Part shown: positions 62,426 through 64,000 of the stretch, in pieces
Position numbering within the stretch: position 1 is the stretch's first letter
How the letters are laid out: every line of letters starts with the position of its first letter
From: the human T2T-CHM13v2.0 reference genome, Homo sapiens
Assembly (NCBI RefSeq): GCF_009914755.1
Contig: NC_060934.1
Length of the DNA stretch: 64,000 nucleotides
Strand: one strand, 5' to 3'
Made by a program: the position numbers and the translations under genes
Notes under the pieces: generated by a model
Told to the model about the DNA's origin: nothing
What the model saw: the letters and a program-made list of their open reading frames with translations, nothing else
Database searches by the model: none

Positions 62426-63739
62426 GATGGCTCATCGCCATCCTTCACCTTACAGAGGAGGCCGCAGAGGCTCAGGGAGCTCAGGGAGCTCAGGGACTGG
62501 ACGCAGGCGGCAGAGCGAGTGAAGGATGCAGCCGGAATGGGAACCCAGGCAGCTTGACCCTCTGCCATAAATCAGCACCCACTGGGGCAGAGTACAGGTC
62601 AGCTGAGCACAAGAAAGACGGATAGAGTGTGCTGCCAGGCGGGCCCGGCCCGGCAAGGAAGCATCAGTGGGGACGTAATCTGGGCCCCGGCAGCCCTGGG
62701 ACCCGGCAAGGCTGCCCTGCCCAGCAGCTTCCCTGGGAGCAAGAGCAGGCAGCCTGCCACGGGTCCCCCGGTGTTATTAAATAGGGATTCAGGCCACTCC
62801 CGGCACAGCAGAGTCCAGAGGAGACTCCCAGTCCAGCGCCCTGCTCTCTCTCTCAGAGCCATGCCCGTCCCAGTGCTGAGCGCAGGCACCCCAGGGACAG
62901 CCCAGAGCCCTTGGGACCCGAGCAGGCCTGCTTCCCCTGTGCGAGCATCTGACTGGCACCTCCAGCCAGGCCACGGTATCCCGTTCCAAATGGGCTGGCT
63001 AATCGGGCCGCATCCATTATCATTAGCGCCTCTCTGCACGCAGGTACAGGAGGGGCTGCCAGGCGCTGGCTGCGGCTGGCTGAGCCGGGGACCACGCTCC
63101 TCTGCAAATGCGGACGAGGAACACCTGCTCCAGGGCTTCCAGGCCGCCACAGTCATCCTTCACATCTCATGCAACACTTGTTCTGTCAGAGCGCGGAGCT
63201 GGCACGGGCGGGAGGGGCCCTGGCCAGCCCTGCACGCCCCCTCCAGCCCCCGGTTCCCCTGTTCAAGCTCAGCTTTGAATGGCTTTTCAAAGAAGCCTTT
63301 TAAAAATGTATCCATCATGTATCAGCCATTCCGTCATTATGCCAAGAGTTTAAAAATAAGCATGAAAAAAATCCTTACCTTGAAAATAAACTTTTTTTGG
63401 CAATGAAGGCGGAGTGGTGAAATATTAATTGTCCACGGATGGCATTCATCCTCATTACACAATGCGGATGTGTTTTCTCAGGATTTCCAAGGAATGGGCC
63501 CTTTCACAGCTGTGGGCAGCCAGGGATCATTCTGGGCACAAACGATGTCCCTGTATCTTAGAAGAGGCTGAACTTTTCTAGACAAAGCCAGCATCCTGAG
63601 ACCCAGAAGGGACGTGCCTCAGCTCAGCCCTGCCACGCCGGCGGCTCCACAAACCTTCAGTGCCACGGCTGGGGAGCCTACTGGGCCGCCTCAGCCTGTT
63701 TCCATTGGTCTGTGAGGGAAATTCAAAGCCATCCCCCCC

Positions 63740-64000
63740 CCACACACACACGCACTTATGCGCTTATACACTGGCATACACAGACACACACACGGACACA
63801 CATGCAAACACATACACACAGACACACACATTCACACATAAATTCACACACAGGCACACACAGACACACTTACATACACAAACAGATACATACACACACA
63901 AACACACTGACATACACAAGACATACAAACACACATTGACACACACAGATTCATACCCACACATACACACTGGCACACAGACACACACATACACATGGAC
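63740..64000. repeat. Degenerate (CA)n simple repeat running off the window end
   Basis: Directly visible. Confidence 0.95.

Noticed and set aside
61101-63406. 277-aa and 259-aa ORFs
   Set aside because: The first overlaps MIR/L2 relics and the second is GC-rich with a non-ATG start; neither has a recognisable domain, and both are expected by chance

Overview
Primate (human-like) non-coding genomic DNA: AluJ/S/Y, L1, L2, MIR, MaLR/ERVL LTRs and hAT/Tigger DNA-transposon relics are recognisable by eye, and no credible host protein-coding exon or RNA gene is visible. The dominant feature is a ~26 kb minisatellite (about 30850-56928, roughly 780 copies). It is built from two units that differ by one base: 33 bp CTCTAGACTTCTCCTCCTCCTCCCCATCCTCCC and 34 bp CTCTAGACTTCTCCTCCTCCTCCACCATCCTCCC. 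The array is strongly pyrimidine/purine strand-asymmetric, and each consensus unit carries one (GGA)4 and one TCTAGA palindrome. Rare variant units reveal nested block duplications at offsets of 437, 539, 1777, ~3200, 3315, 3619 and 13318 bp. The flanks contain an L1PA that retains its 5' end but lacks its 3' part, a nested L1M/Tigger/Alu cluster, and several AT-rich, homeodomain-motif-dense islands that look like enhancers. Repeat subfamily names are from recalled consensus sequences, not a database search, and the locus was not identified. I see no evidence for a new gene system; the best novelty candidate is the giant, internally structured VNTR.
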